Origin: an uncultured Planctomycetota bacterium | GTDB lineage: Bacteria > Planctomycetota > PLA2 > JAEUHO01 | Assembly: GCA_963752285.1 (NCBI GenBank) | Contig: CAVVXN010000005.1 | Span: forward strand, 2,048,001-2,112,000 | DNA length: 64,000 bases | Reading direction: 5' to 3' | Part shown: positions 37,566 to 47,424 of the stretch, piece by piece | Layout: each line of letters starts with the position of its first letter | Position numbering within the stretch: position 1 is the stretch's first letter | Program-made: the position numbers and the translations under genes | The notes under the pieces: model-generated | Database searches by the model: none | What the model was told of the DNA's origin: nothing | The model's input: the letters and a program-made list of their open reading frames with translations, nothing else

Positions 37566-39070
37566 TCAACGGCCGAGGACGTCCAGGCCCTGGAGGCGCG
37601 CCAAGAGGGCCAGCGCGATCGACGCGCACGCCCCCTGCATCTCGGCCTTCACGAACGAGCCGTCGAGTTCCTCCTCCGGTACGAGCGACGCGAGCTGGCG
37701 CTCCGCGTACCGACGGGCCCTGGCGCGCGGCACGTGGGCGAGCGCGCGGGCCACGTAGGAGTGGCCGAAGTCGTAGGGGTACGCGTCGTGGAGCACCACG
37801 GGCGAGAAGCAGCTCTCGAACACCTTCGTCGTGCGCCGGACGGCCACGTCGTTCTCGAAGAAGAGGTCGATGCCCGCCTGGAGCCCCTTCGTGCTCCCCG
37901 ACTCCCTCTGCTCGAGGAGCGCCAGTCGAAGAGCGCGGTCCGGCACGACGAGGAGCGCACGGCGCCGTGACGGACGTTCGTGGCGTACGAGAACTCGCGC
38001 GGGTCCTTCTCGGTCCGGAGCGACTCGAGGAACGCCGCTGCGTCGTGGGCCATCCTCCGGGGTACCGGGACGTCGAGGTCTCGGAGCTCGGAGAGGAGCA
38101 GCAGGACGGGCGCCGTGTGGAAGCTGTGGATCCGCGACGCCGGCCTTCGCGGGGACCGCGCAGAGCATCGCGCGCACGAACGGCGCCGAGAGGACGCCGA
38201 GCCGCCGGCACGTGTGAAGGAGCCGCCCGTCGGACCGCGCGAACACGAGCGAGGGCCCGTCGAGGTCGGGGGTCCGCACGCCGAGGAGGTCAAGCGGATC
38301 CTCGGTCTTCGCGGGGAGCCCCTCCTCGAACCGGTACGTGTGGAGGCGCACGCGCACGGGGACGAAGTGCGCGCGGACGAGGAACGCGATCTCGGGATCC
38401 GTGAAGAGCGCGGCCATCCTGGCGCGCTCCGCCACGAGACCGGCGTCGATCGCCATCGCGCGTTGGTCGCCGAAGGCGGACGGCTGCGATCCGGCCCCGT
38501 CACGCCCCGCGTCCGCGTAGCCCGAGCGCCACCGGACGTCCTGCACGGGCCCCACCGTCGCGAGGACGAGCTTCTTCTCGCTCCTCGCGCGTTCGAGCGC
38601 GCCCTCGACGGTCGGCGCCCACGGCAACGAGTCGGAGCACGCGGTGCCGGTGTGGATCTCGGGCGGGTCCCACGCCTCGCCGACGGCGTGGACCGCCATC
38701 GTGAACGGCAAGACCGGCGGCACCTCGGAGGGATGGACGTGGAGGTGGACCTCGGCCTTCGCGATCTTCGCTCCGACGGCGACGGGGAACCGCATCCGCA
38801 CGCGGTTCGTGTCGCCGAGGCTCACGGCGAGGGTCGGGAGGCCGCCCCAGGCACGCATTGCGAGGTACGAGGCCTCCGCCGTGTCGGCGTCGGCCGAAAC
38901 GCGTCGCACCTCGCCGCCCGCGAGCGTCGAGACCCGCTCGGGCGGCGCCGCGGTCTCGCGGCTGTCGAAGGTGACCCACGGCCGGCCGTCGGGACGCGTC
39001 TCGCCGTGCGGCGCGGCGCCCCCGGACGGCGCGGGGAGGAGGGCGCCCGGGAGGGTGCTCCACGCTCTCC
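37566..39070 (-). pseudogene. Decayed multi-domain gene (DNRLRE-like beta domain, thioredoxin-like segment, helical C-terminus)
   Basis: Protein-like stretches alternate between frames: ...VRAMLCAV, then FHTAPVLLLL...EFSYAT in another frame, then LQAGIDLFFE...DGSFV. No clean start. Confidence 0.55.
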
Positions 39071-39179
39071 GTCCCCCCCGCCGTCCCGAGCGACCCCCAC
39101 GCTCCGTGCTCCGTCTCCAGGGCCCGCTCCCCGAAACGCACGCCGCGCGGCACGGGTTCTGGTCGCCTCGACGACGAGG

Positions 39180-39359
39180 TCAGACGTGCCCGCGGACGGT
39201 GTGGAAGGCGAGGGCGGCCGCGAGCGCGAGCCACGCGATCGCCCACAAGAGCGGTCCCCACGCGACGGGACGAACCCATCCCGCGACGTCGGGCGAGATC
39301 GACCGCACCGCGGGCGCGGTCGGCAGCGGGGACTCGGTCGGCGGCGCGTCGGGGTCCAT
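39180..39359 (-). CDS. Small single-TM protein
   Basis: 59 aa with a C-terminal hydrophobic helix; TAGAGT -10 box 7 nt before ATG. Confidence 0.6.
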   Translation of the reverse strand: MDPDAPPTESPLPTAPAVRSISPDVAGWVRPVAWGPLLWAIAWLALAAALAFHTVRGHV

Positions 39360-39461
39360 GCGCCTCACTCTATCCGGGCCCGGTCGAAGCCCGACGCCGG
39401 CCCCGACCCCGGGGGCGCGCGGGTGGACCGCGCGTCGCCCGTCCGGGCGACCTCGCGCCGG

Positions 39462-40295
39462 CTACCCGACGTGGGCCCGCACCGCGCGGATCGCGTCCGT
39501 GACGTCGGCGGTCGAGAGGGTCGGGGCGAGGTCCAGGACCCAGGTCGCGGCGCGGGGCACCATCTCGCCGAGCGACGACCAGTCGGGCCCGTCGTCGTCG
39601 GGGTGGCCCCGTCCCGCGAGGCCCGCGCCGAGGCCGTGGGCGAAGCAGGTGCCCGCGCGCGACGCGAAGCGATCGGCCCACGCCTCGGGCGGCGGGCCGA
39701 GGCCGAGGCGCTCGAGCCCGAGCGCCCGCGTCGGGTCGAACGCGAGGCCGAGGCGGGGCAGCGCGTCGAGGAGCCACTCGGTCTCCTCCACGTGGAGCAG
39801 GTCCGACGCGGTGCTCCCCGGGCGCACCGCGAGCGGCGCACCGGTCGCGAGGCCCGCGTGGAGCGCGCGGACCGCGCGCTCGGCGGCGGCCTCGCGATGG
39901 GCCCGACGGCGGGCCGCGGCCGTCGGCGCCGCCTCGCCCTCGTCCTGCCGCCCGAGGTCGCCCGCGACGCGGTCGGGATCGGCGTCCGCGCGCGAACCGA
40001 GCCCGCCGCCCTCGACCACGAGGACCCCGGCGCGGAGCCGCGACGCCACGGCCGTCGCGCGTGCGAGGGCCGCCGAGAACCGCGAGAGGTCCTCGTTCGA
40101 CGCGCCTCCGCCGTCGCCGAGGAGCACGTGCGACGCCACGACGCCCACGGCGCGGAGCACCGCGCGTCCGTCCGGCGCGTCGAGACCCGGGACGACCAGC
40201 GCGAGCCGGTCCAGGCCGAGGTCGCGTGCGCCCCGGGCCGCGCCCTCGAGCGTGACGCGCGCAGGGAACCAGCCGGTGGAGAGCGCGAGGCGCAT
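39462..40295 (-). CDS. Sugar phosphate isomerase/epimerase-like TIM-barrel protein (divergent)
   Basis: MRLALST start; H.GLAGRGHP..G.DW and WVLD motifs; 6 bp downstream of the HAD gene. Confidence 0.6.
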   Translation of the reverse strand: MRLALSTGWFPARVTLEGAARGARDLGLDRLALVVPGLDAPDGRAVLRAVGVVASHVLLGDGGGASNEDLSRFSAALARATAVASRLRAGVLVVEGGGLGSRADADPDRVAGDLGRQDEGEAAPTAAARRRAHREAAAERAVRALHAGLATGAPLAVRPGSTASDLLHVEETEWLLDALPRLGLAFDPTRALGLERLGLGPPPEAWADRFASRAGTCFAHGLGAGLAGRGHPDDDGPDWSSLGEMVPRAATWVLDLAPTLSTADVTDAIRAVRAHVG

Positions 40296-40301
40296 CGACG
40301 A

Positions 40302-41183
40302 TCAGGCGGTGTGGGCCGCGGCCCGCACCGCGCCCGGCATCCCGGCCTCGACCCAGCGGGCGAAGCCCTCCTCGTCGTGCGGGCCGATCACGACGTCGGC
40401 CAGGCGAAGCACCTCCCCCACCGCGTTCCCCACGGCCACGGCGAGCCCCGCGGCCTCGAGCATCGATAGGTCGTTTCGCTGGTCGCCGACGGCGATCGTC
40501 CGCTCGGCGGGGATCCGTCGCTCGGCGAGGAGCCAGAGGAGGACCTCGGCCTTGCCGCGCGTGCGCGGTTGGATCTCGGCGAGGTGCATCTCCAGGTCCC
40601 CGAGCTCGGGGAAGATCGCGAGCGGATAGTGCTGGAGCTGCAAGCCCGCGCGCGCGTCGTCGCTGAGCGCGGACCAGGCCCGCTCGGTGTCGGCCGCCCC
40701 GTCGAAGCAGCAGGAGAGACGCATCAGACGGTCGCGGGGCAGGAGGTCCTCGCGGTCCACCTCGACCACGTTCTCGTACCACCGGGCGACGCGCGGGTAG
40801 TGCACGTGCGCTCGGCGGATCGCGAACTTCCGCTCGTCCGCGTGGCGGAACGAGAAGCGCGACTCGGCCTCCGCGCGGAAGGCCTCGCCCACGAGCGCCT
40901 CCGGGATGGGGGTCATGCGCCAGGGTCGCCGGCCCGGCCGCCCGATCCAGCAGCCGTTGAAGGCCGCCACCGGAGCCTCGAGGTCGAGGGCGCGCCAGAA
41001 GCTGGTGCAGCCGGCCACGCTGCGCCCGGTCGCGAGGACCACCTCGAACCCGGCCTCGACCAGCCGGCGCACGGCACGATGCGTGCGGGCTCCGATCCGC
41101 GACCGCCCGTCGAGCAGGGTGCCGTCCAGGTCGAGGAGGATCGCGTCGAAGTCGGCGCGGCGGCGCGCGAGGAGGTTGAACAT
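40302..41183 (-). CDS. Cof-type HAD-IIB hydrolase
   Basis: DLDGTLL, LATGR, KAEVL, AVGDQRNDLSML, VAVGNA. Confidence 0.93.
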   Translation of the reverse strand: MFNLLARRRADFDAILLDLDGTLLDGRSRIGARTHRAVRRLVEAGFEVVLATGRSVAGCTSFWRALDLEAPVAAFNGCWIGRPGRRPWRMTPIPEALVGEAFRAEAESRFSFRHADERKFAIRRAHVHYPRVARWYENVVEVDREDLLPRDRLMRLSCCFDGAADTERAWSALSDDARAGLQLQHYPLAIFPELGDLEMHLAEIQPRTRGKAEVLLWLLAERRIPAERTIAVGDQRNDLSMLEAAGLAVAVGNAVGEVLRLADVVIGPHDEEGFARWVEAGMPGAVRAAAHTA

Positions 41184-41226
41184 GGGCCCGGGCAGGGATA
41201 CCACGGGGGTCCGCCCCTCTCCCTCG

Positions 41227-42714
41227 ATGCGCAAGATCCCTCCCGCCGCCTGGATCGTCCTCCCCCTCCTCGCCGGCGTCTTGTACGCGCTTGCGTGGCC
41301 GCTCTTCGCGCCCTCGCCGACGCTCGCCACGGTCGTCCCCGACGACGCGATCGTCACGCAGCGCTTCCGGGACGCCGCGGCGCTCGACCGCGCCTGGGTC
41401 GGTCCCCGTGAGGGCGGCGTGTCGCCGCTCGAGCGCCTCGCCGAGCAGCGAAACGTCGCGGGGCTCCCGGGCGTGGACCGCGCGCGGCCGATCCACGTGG
41501 TGCTGCTCCCGCGCGACGAGCGCCCCGACCCGTCCCTCGTGATCCTCCCCGTGTCCGACGCGAAGGCGCTTCGCGCTCGATTCGACGACCCCTCGTTCTT
41601 CCTCGAGCACGGACGTGTCCGTCATCCCCAGCAGCTCGCCGTACGTGGCGACTGGGCGGCGATCTCGTGGGACCAGGACGAGATCCAGCGTCTCGGCACC
41701 GGCGGCACGACCGCCGCGGACCTCGGCGAGACGATGGCGATGGCCGTGGACGTGCCGGCGACGGTCCGCTTCGCGCTCGCCGCGCCGAGCGACCTCCCCT
41801 GGCGCACCATCCTCGACGCGCTCGGCTTCGAGGTCCGCCCGCCCGATCCCGACACGCCCGACGCCGAGCCCGATGTCCACGCGCCTCGCGTCGCGCGCCT
41901 CAGCGTCGCGTGGAAGACGGCGCGCCTCTGGGCGTGGTTCTCCGACGGACGGCTCCGCGTGGACCTCGCGCCCGCGCCGGGCCCCCTCGCGGACCTGCTC
42001 CGGGACGCGGGCCCGTCGTCCGTGGCGACGGCGACCGACGACGTCCCCGCCGCGCCACAGAGCGCCCAGGCGTGGATCCGCACCCCCGACGCCCGCGCGC
42101 GCGCCGTCGTCGTGCGGGCCCTCTACGACGCCGGGGTGAAGCTCCCGTCCCCGGAGGAGGGCCTGAACCGGCTCCTCGACCCGAACCAGGGGAAGGGACT
42201 ACTCGTCTACGCATCGCCCGTTCCGGGCGAGGGCCACGTCGTGACCCTCGCCGTCGTCGCGCCCGCGGGCGCCCTCCCCGACCTCCGGCCGTTCGACGAC
42301 GCGCTCTCCTTGGACGCGAAGCCGAGCGGTCTCCCCGGCGCGCGGTTCCCCCTCCTCCGCGGCGACCTCGCGTGGTCGGGCACCCTCCCGGACGTGGACG
42401 TGCGGCGCGAGGACGTCGGTCGGTGGTCGGTCCTCGCGCTCGGCGCGTCCGCCGACGACGTGGTGTCCCGCTTCGAGCTCCACACGCGGACGAAGTACGT
42501 ACGGCCCTCGGCGACGGAAGCGCCCGAGCCGGGCCTCCGCCTGCTCTCGACGTTCGGCGTGGACGGGGTCCGCGCCCGCGCGCTCCTCGGCCCGGCGCTC
42601 GGGGAGGGAGGCGTCCTCGCCGCGCTCGGCGGCGGCCGCATCGAGGGCGAGGTGTGGACCGACGGGACCACGATCCGCGTCGAGGCCCGCGTCGTCCGGC
42701 TGCCCGGCTCCTGA
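41227..42714 (+). CDS. Hypothetical membrane-anchored protein
   Basis: ATG at 41227, N-terminal TM, long ORF with strong codon bias. Confidence 0.78.
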   Translation: MRKIPPAAWIVLPLLAGVLYALAWPLFAPSPTLATVVPDDAIVTQRFRDAAALDRAWVGPREGGVSPLERLAEQRNVAGLPGVDRARPIHVVLLPRDERPDPSLVILPVSDAKALRARFDDPSFFLEHGRVRHPQQLAVRGDWAAISWDQDEIQRLGTGGTTAADLGETMAMAVDVPATVRFALAAPSDLPWRTILDALGFEVRPPDPDTPDAEPDVHAPRVARLSVAWKTARLWAWFSDGRLRVDLAPAPGPLADLLRDAGPSSVATATDDVPAAPQSAQAWIRTPDARARAVVVRALYDAGVKLPSPEEGLNRLLDPNQGKGLLVYASPVPGEGHVVTLAVVAPAGALPDLRPFDDALSLDAKPSGLPGARFPLLRGDLAWSGTLPDVDVRREDVGRWSVLALGASADDVVSRFELHTRTKYVRPSATEAPEPGLRLLSTFGVDGVRARALLGPALGEGGVLAALGGGRIEGEVWTDGTTIRVEARVVRLPGS

Positions 42715-42748
42715 GGCGCTCGCGAGACGCCCGCAGGACGGGCGCGCG

Positions 42749-42979
42749 CTATCCCTGGACGTGCGCGCCGTCCGGGGGGAACCCGAACGAGACCGGGTCC
42801 TTCCGCGCGTCGTAGTCGCAGAAGCCGGCGTACCGACCGTGCGAGAGCGCGTCCTCCTCGCCCAGGCAGTAGGGACAGGCGAGGTGCTGTTGGGGCGACA
42901 GCCACCGCCCCGTACGACGGCAGCGGAGCCGCACGAGTCGGATCCCCGCGCCCGACGTCGTGTCACGCATCTCGATCAT
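42749..42979 (-). CDS. Small Cys-rich protein at the end of the oxidoreductase operon
   Basis: 76 aa, C...H..CPYC...C; GGAG RBS; start overlaps the porB 3' end. Confidence 0.75.
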   Translation of the reverse strand: MIEMRDTTSGAGIRLVRLRCRRTGRWLSPQQHLACPYCLGEEDALSHGRYAGFCDYDARKDPVSFGFPPDGAHVQG

Positions 42980-43880
42980 GTCCGACTCCTTCCTCGGCCC
43001 GCCGCCGGAGCGCCTTCCAGCTCGCCTCTACGCGGCGCTGGACCCGCGCGAGGTCCACCCCGGCGCGCCGGAACCGGCCCTGGCTCTCCAGGTAGCGCCG
43101 GAGCGCCTCCTCGCTCATCTCGGTCTCGACGTCGATCACGAGCCGCCCGTCCGGGAGGATCTCGTAGACCGGGTAGAGACCCGACTGGACGGCCCACCGG
43201 ACGAGCTGGAGCCCGAGCGCGGGCTCCGACTTCCACCCGGTGGGGCACGGCGAGAGGACGTGGAGGAAGCGAAACCCCCGGAGGTTCAGGGCGTAGCGCA
43301 TCTTCCGCTCGGCGTCCGCGAGGTGCGCGAGCGAGATCGAGGCCACGTACGGGATCCCGTGCGCGGCCATGATGGCGAGGATGTCCTTCTTCTCGTGGGA
43401 CTTCCCGAGGGGCGTCGTGGTCGTGGACGCGCCGAGCGGCGTCGCCGACGAGCGCTGGCCGCCCGTGTTGCCGTAGATCTCGTTGTCGTAGCAGACGTAG
43501 AGCAGGTCCTCGTTCCGCTCCGCCGCGGCCGAGACGGCCGCCATCCCGATGTCGTACGTCCCGCCGTCGCCGGCCCAGCAGACGACGCGCGTCGCCTCGC
43601 CGTTTTGCGCCGCGACGCGCGCGAGACCCGTGCCCACCGCGGCGGCGGACGCGAAGGTGCTCGACACGAGCGGCACGCCGTACGCCGAGTCCGGGAACGC
43701 GCCGACCGTCACGATGGCGCAGCACGCGGGCACCACCATCTGGATCGGCACGTCCCCGACGGCGCGGCCGAACGCCTGGAGCGCGATCGACATGCCGCAA
43801 CCGCCGCAGTTCGTGTTGCCGGGCCGGAGGAGCGGGTCGGCCCGCGCGGCGCAGTCGGCGACGGGAGTCGGCGCGCTCAC
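42963..43880 (-). CDS. porB: Pyruvate/2-oxoacid:ferredoxin oxidoreductase beta subunit (TPP-binding)
   Basis: CGGCG, GDGGTYDIG, YDNEIYGNTGGQRSSATP, SPCPTGW. Confidence 0.92.
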   Translation of the reverse strand: MSAPTPVADCAARADPLLRPGNTNCGGCGMSIALQAFGRAVGDVPIQMVVPACCAIVTVGAFPDSAYGVPLVSSTFASAAAVGTGLARVAAQNGEATRVVCWAGDGGTYDIGMAAVSAAAERNEDLLYVCYDNEIYGNTGGQRSSATPLGASTTTTPLGKSHEKKDILAIMAAHGIPYVASISLAHLADAERKMRYALNLRGFRFLHVLSPCPTGWKSEPALGLQLVRWAVQSGLYPVYEILPDGRLVIDVETEMSEEALRRYLESQGRFRRAGVDLARVQRRVEASWKALRRRAEEGVGHDRDA

Positions 43881-45040
43881 GATCCGGTCTCCACGAAGAC
43901 GGGCGCGCCCGCGCGGTCGCGCCCCAGGAGGTCGGCCAGGACGTCGCCGACGTGCCCGGGGCGCACGTCGCCGCCGCCGAGGCCCGCCACGTAGCCCTGG
44001 ACGATCGAGCCGGGGGCCGCGGCGCCGCGCACCTCGGCCCACAGGACGCCGCCGAGCCCGAGCGAGATGTCGCGGTCGATCACCCCGACGAGGGGCACGC
44101 CCGCCAGCGCGTCGCGAAGCGGAGCCTCCGGGAACGGGCGGAAGAGGCGCACCCGGACCGCGCCCGCGCGAACGCCGCGCGCACGCGCCTCGTCCACGGC
44201 CGCGCGGACGGTCGCGGCGGTCGTGCCCATGGAGACGAGGACGACCTCGGCGTCGTCGGTCCGGTAGGGCACGACCGGGTCGGCCGGGCGGCGGCCGAAC
44301 GCGCGGGAGAACGCGTCCTGAACCTCCGCCATCACCTCGAAGCTCCGCGCCATGGCCTCCGCGTGCTGGCGGCGGTGGACCTCGGTCTCGCGCGGCCGGT
44401 CGAGCGATCCCACCGCCACGGGCCGGTCGGCCACGCGGTGCGGCAGGTCGAGGGGCGGCAGGAACGCGTCGACCTCCGCCTGCGACGGGATGCTCGTCTG
44501 CATCATCGTGTGCGAGAGCACGAACGCGTCCTGGCAGACGAGCACGGGCAGGAGGACGCGCGGATCCTCGGCCACGCGGTACGCGAAGAGGATCGAGTCG
44601 AAGACCTCCTGGTTGTCCTCGCAGTAGATCTGGATCCAGCCCGCGTCCCTGAGCATCAACGTGTCGCCGTGGTCGAGCCAGATGTTCCACGGCGGGCCCA
44701 GCGTGCGGTTCACCGCCATCATCACGATGGGGAGCCGGTAGAAGGCCGCGGCGTACACGTTCTCGGCCATGTACGCGAGTCCGTTCGCCGACGAAGCGGT
44801 GAAGGTGCGGGCGCCCGCGAGGGCCATGCCCATGCAAACCGCCATCGCGCTGTGCTCGCTCTCGACGCGGACCAGGCTCCCCTTCTCGATGTCCTGCCGG
44901 CAGAGGAGCTCGATGCTCTCGCTCTGCGGCGTGATGGGGTAGAGGCCCCCGCCGAAGCCCCGCGCGACGCGGTTCGCCCGCCCCGCGAGGGTGGCGGCGG
45001 TCGCCGCGGCGTGGTTGGCCGTGAGGAGCTCGACGCTCAT
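43877..45040 (-). CDS. porA: Pyruvate/2-oxoacid:ferredoxin oxidoreductase alpha subunit
   Basis: YPITPQ, VESEHSAM, VNRTLG, D.FVLSHT, LFRPFP, GLGGGD. Confidence 0.92.
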   Translation of the reverse strand: MSVELLTANHAAATAATLAGRANRVARGFGGGLYPITPQSESIELLCRQDIEKGSLVRVESEHSAMAVCMGMALAGARTFTASSANGLAYMAENVYAAAFYRLPIVMMAVNRTLGPPWNIWLDHGDTLMLRDAGWIQIYCEDNQEVFDSILFAYRVAEDPRVLLPVLVCQDAFVLSHTMMQTSIPSQAEVDAFLPPLDLPHRVADRPVAVGSLDRPRETEVHRRQHAEAMARSFEVMAEVQDAFSRAFGRRPADPVVPYRTDDAEVVLVSMGTTAATVRAAVDEARARGVRAGAVRVRLFRPFPEAPLRDALAGVPLVGVIDRDISLGLGGVLWAEVRGAAAPGSIVQGYVAGLGGGDVRPGHVGDVLADLLGRDRAGAPVFVETGS

Positions 45041-47262
45041 GACTTCGCCACCATCTCCATCGCGCCGCGGGGGCACTCCTCGACACAGAGGCCGCAGCCC
45101 TTGCAGTACGAGGGGTCGAGCGCGTATCCGTCTTCGTCGGCGCGGCGGATCACGCCCTCCGGACAGGAGAGGAGGCACGTGTCGCACGTCGTGCACGACC
45201 CGCACGAAAAGCACCGCTCGGCCTCGGCCGCGTCGCCGAGGCCGCGCCGCACCTCGGCGAACGAGGTGCGACGCCCCGCCGGCGGGAGGAGCGGCTCCCG
45301 GGCCGGCCGGGCCCGTGCGAACGCGTCGGTCCGGACGTCGTCGGGTCCGACCACGCGCCGCCGGTCCGGACGTTCGAACGGCACGACCGCCTCGCCGAGC
45401 GCCTGGAGGAGCAGGCCCGCCGCGCGGCGGCCGCTCCCGATCGCGTGCGTGACCGTCCCGTCGCCCGTCGCGAGGTCGCCCGCGACGAAGAGGCGCGTCG
45501 GCGCGCCCGCAACGAACACGCGATGGTCCCGGATCTCGGCCCCCTCGGGGAGGAGGGAGACGTCGGCCGCCTGCCCCAGGGCGAGGAGGACGTGCGTGGC
45601 GGGATGCCGGGCGATCCGGTTCGTCGGAACGGGGCGCCGGCGGCCGCTCTCGTCGGGCGGTCCCATCTCGACCTCCTGGAGCACGACCGCCTCGACGCGA
45701 CCGTGCCCCTCGAAGCGGAGCGGGCTTCGCTTCTCGAGCAGCAGGACGCCTTCCTCGAGGGCCTCGTCGACCTCCTCCGCGATGGCCGGCATCTCGCGAC
45801 GGGTGCGGCGGTACGCGAGGGTCACGCGTTCGGCACCCGCGCGAAGCGCGCTCCGCGCGCAGTCGATCGCCGTGTTCCCGCCGCCGAGGACCACCACGTG
45901 GCCCGAGAGCGAGATCTCCTCGCCGAGACTCAGCCGGCGCAGGAACGCGAGCCCCTGCTCGACGCCCGGTAGGTCCGCGCCGTCGATGTCGAGCGCGACG
46001 CTTCGCTGGAGGCCGGTCGCCACGAGGACCGCGTCGTACTCGGTCGCGAGTCGTTCGACGCCCGCGCGGTCCACGAAGGCTCCGCAGCGGGTATCGACGC
46101 CGAGTCGCACGACGTCGTCCACCTCGCGGTCGAGCACGTCTCGCGGCAGCCGGTACGTCGGGATGCCCGTCCGGAGGACGCCGCCGAGTCGCGCCTCGCC
46201 GTCGTAGACCGTGGGCGCGTGGCCCTCGCGCGCGAGCGTGTGCGCGGCGGCGAGGCCCGCGGGGCCGCCGCCGACCACCGCCACGCGCCGCGGCGACGCC
46301 GCGGGACGCGGGGGCGTCGCCGCGACCGCCGCGTGGTCGGCGACGTAGCGCTCGAGCGCGCGCACGTTCACGCTGCCGTCGAGCGGACGGCGGTTGCAGC
46401 CGTCCATGCACGGCGCGGGGCACACGCGTCCGCACACCGCGGCGAGGGGCGTCGATCGGCCGAGCACCCGCGCGGCCTCGACCTGGTCGCCGCGGGCGAC
46501 GGCCTGGACGAAGCCGACGACGTCGTTCCCGGCGGGGCACGCGGCCGAACAGGGCGCGAGGCGCTCCACGTACCGCGGCACCTCCGTGCCCCACGCGCCG
46601 GTCCTGAGCCCCGTCGGTCCGCTCTCGGTGACCGAGGTGAGCGCGGGGACGACGGGCAGCGGGACGACGGGCCGCGGGTCCCCGGTCCGGGCCGTCGCCG
46701 AGGACGTGAGGGCCTCGCGAACGTGTACGGCCTTCCAGGCTTCCTTCGCGGCCTCGAAGTCGCGGTGGAAGCCGAGGTCCTCGTACGCGGCCTCGAGCAC
46801 GTCGAGGTCCAGGTCCATCGCGCGGGCGAACGCGCCGGCGATCGTCGTGTTCACGATCACGACGGAGCGCGTGCCGATGTGCCGGCGTCGCGCGATGGCC
46901 GTCGCGTCCACGACCGCGAGGCGGAAGTCGTCGTACCGGCCGGCGAACGCCTCGCAAGGCTCGGGCGTGTTGAGCACGAGCGTGCCGCCGCGCCGCAGGC
47001 CCGCGACGGCGCCCGGCCCGAGCAACGTCGGGTCGAGCACGACGAGGTGGTCGGGCTCGTACACCTTGTTGCGATTCGTGATCGGCGCGTCACCGACGCG
47101 CGTGTACGCGCGGACCGGCGCGCCCGAACGTTCCCCCGCGTAGTCGCCGAACGTCTGGACGAAACGATCGAGACGCGAGTACGCGGCGGCCAGGATCTTG
47201 GCGCACGTGACGCCGCCCTGGCCACCCCGGCCGTGCAGTCGAATTTCGACGGTCGCGGACAT
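45037..47262 (-). CDS. Fusion: POR gamma subunit + GltD/DsrL-like FAD/NAD(P)H oxidoreductase + 2[4Fe-4S] delta-like ferredoxin
   Basis: HGRGGQG/ERSGAPV (gamma); PCSAACPA, CGRVCPAPCMDGCNR, GGGPAG, GGGNTAIDCAR, YRR; CFSCGSCTTCDTC..CP and CKGCGLCVEECP. Confidence 0.92.
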   Translation of the reverse strand: MSATVEIRLHGRGGQGGVTCAKILAAAYSRLDRFVQTFGDYAGERSGAPVRAYTRVGDAPITNRNKVYEPDHLVVLDPTLLGPGAVAGLRRGGTLVLNTPEPCEAFAGRYDDFRLAVVDATAIARRRHIGTRSVVIVNTTIAGAFARAMDLDLDVLEAAYEDLGFHRDFEAAKEAWKAVHVREALTSSATARTGDPRPVVPLPVVPALTSVTESGPTGLRTGAWGTEVPRYVERLAPCSAACPAGNDVVGFVQAVARGDQVEAARVLGRSTPLAAVCGRVCPAPCMDGCNRRPLDGSVNVRALERYVADHAAVAATPPRPAASPRRVAVVGGGPAGLAAAHTLAREGHAPTVYDGEARLGGVLRTGIPTYRLPRDVLDREVDDVVRLGVDTRCGAFVDRAGVERLATEYDAVLVATGLQRSVALDIDGADLPGVEQGLAFLRRLSLGEEISLSGHVVVLGGGNTAIDCARSALRAGAERVTLAYRRTRREMPAIAEEVDEALEEGVLLLEKRSPLRFEGHGRVEAVVLQEVEMGPPDESGRRRPVPTNRIARHPATHVLLALGQAADVSLLPEGAEIRDHRVFVAGAPTRLFVAGDLATGDGTVTHAIGSGRRAAGLLLQALGEAVVPFERPDRRRVVGPDDVRTDAFARARPAREPLLPPAGRRTSFAEVRRGLGDAAEAERCFSCGSCTTCDTCLLSCPEGVIRRADEDGYALDPSYCKGCGLCVEECPRGAMEMVAKS

Positions 47263-47424
47263 GGGCCACCCATGAGCCTACCCCCTGCGACGTTGTTGCA
47301 TACGCCGGCTTCGGACGAGAAACCAAGGTGAGATTGACTCGCAGGTCGGGTCGCAACGTGGCGCGACCGACCACACCCGGTCGGTGTTCAAGTACGCGCT
47401 CGTACTCGACCGGAGGTCCACGCC

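Noticed and set aside
45037..47262. Bona fide dsrL (sulfur metabolism) or gltD
   Set aside because: No dsr or gltB genes nearby; the module is fused to POR gamma and coupled to porA/porB.
47286..47345. RegA/FNR/CRP-like boxes upstream of the POR operon
   Set aside because: Palindromes (TGCGAC-GTT-GTTGCA; GTGAG-N5-CTCGC) are imperfect and do not fit consensus spacing.
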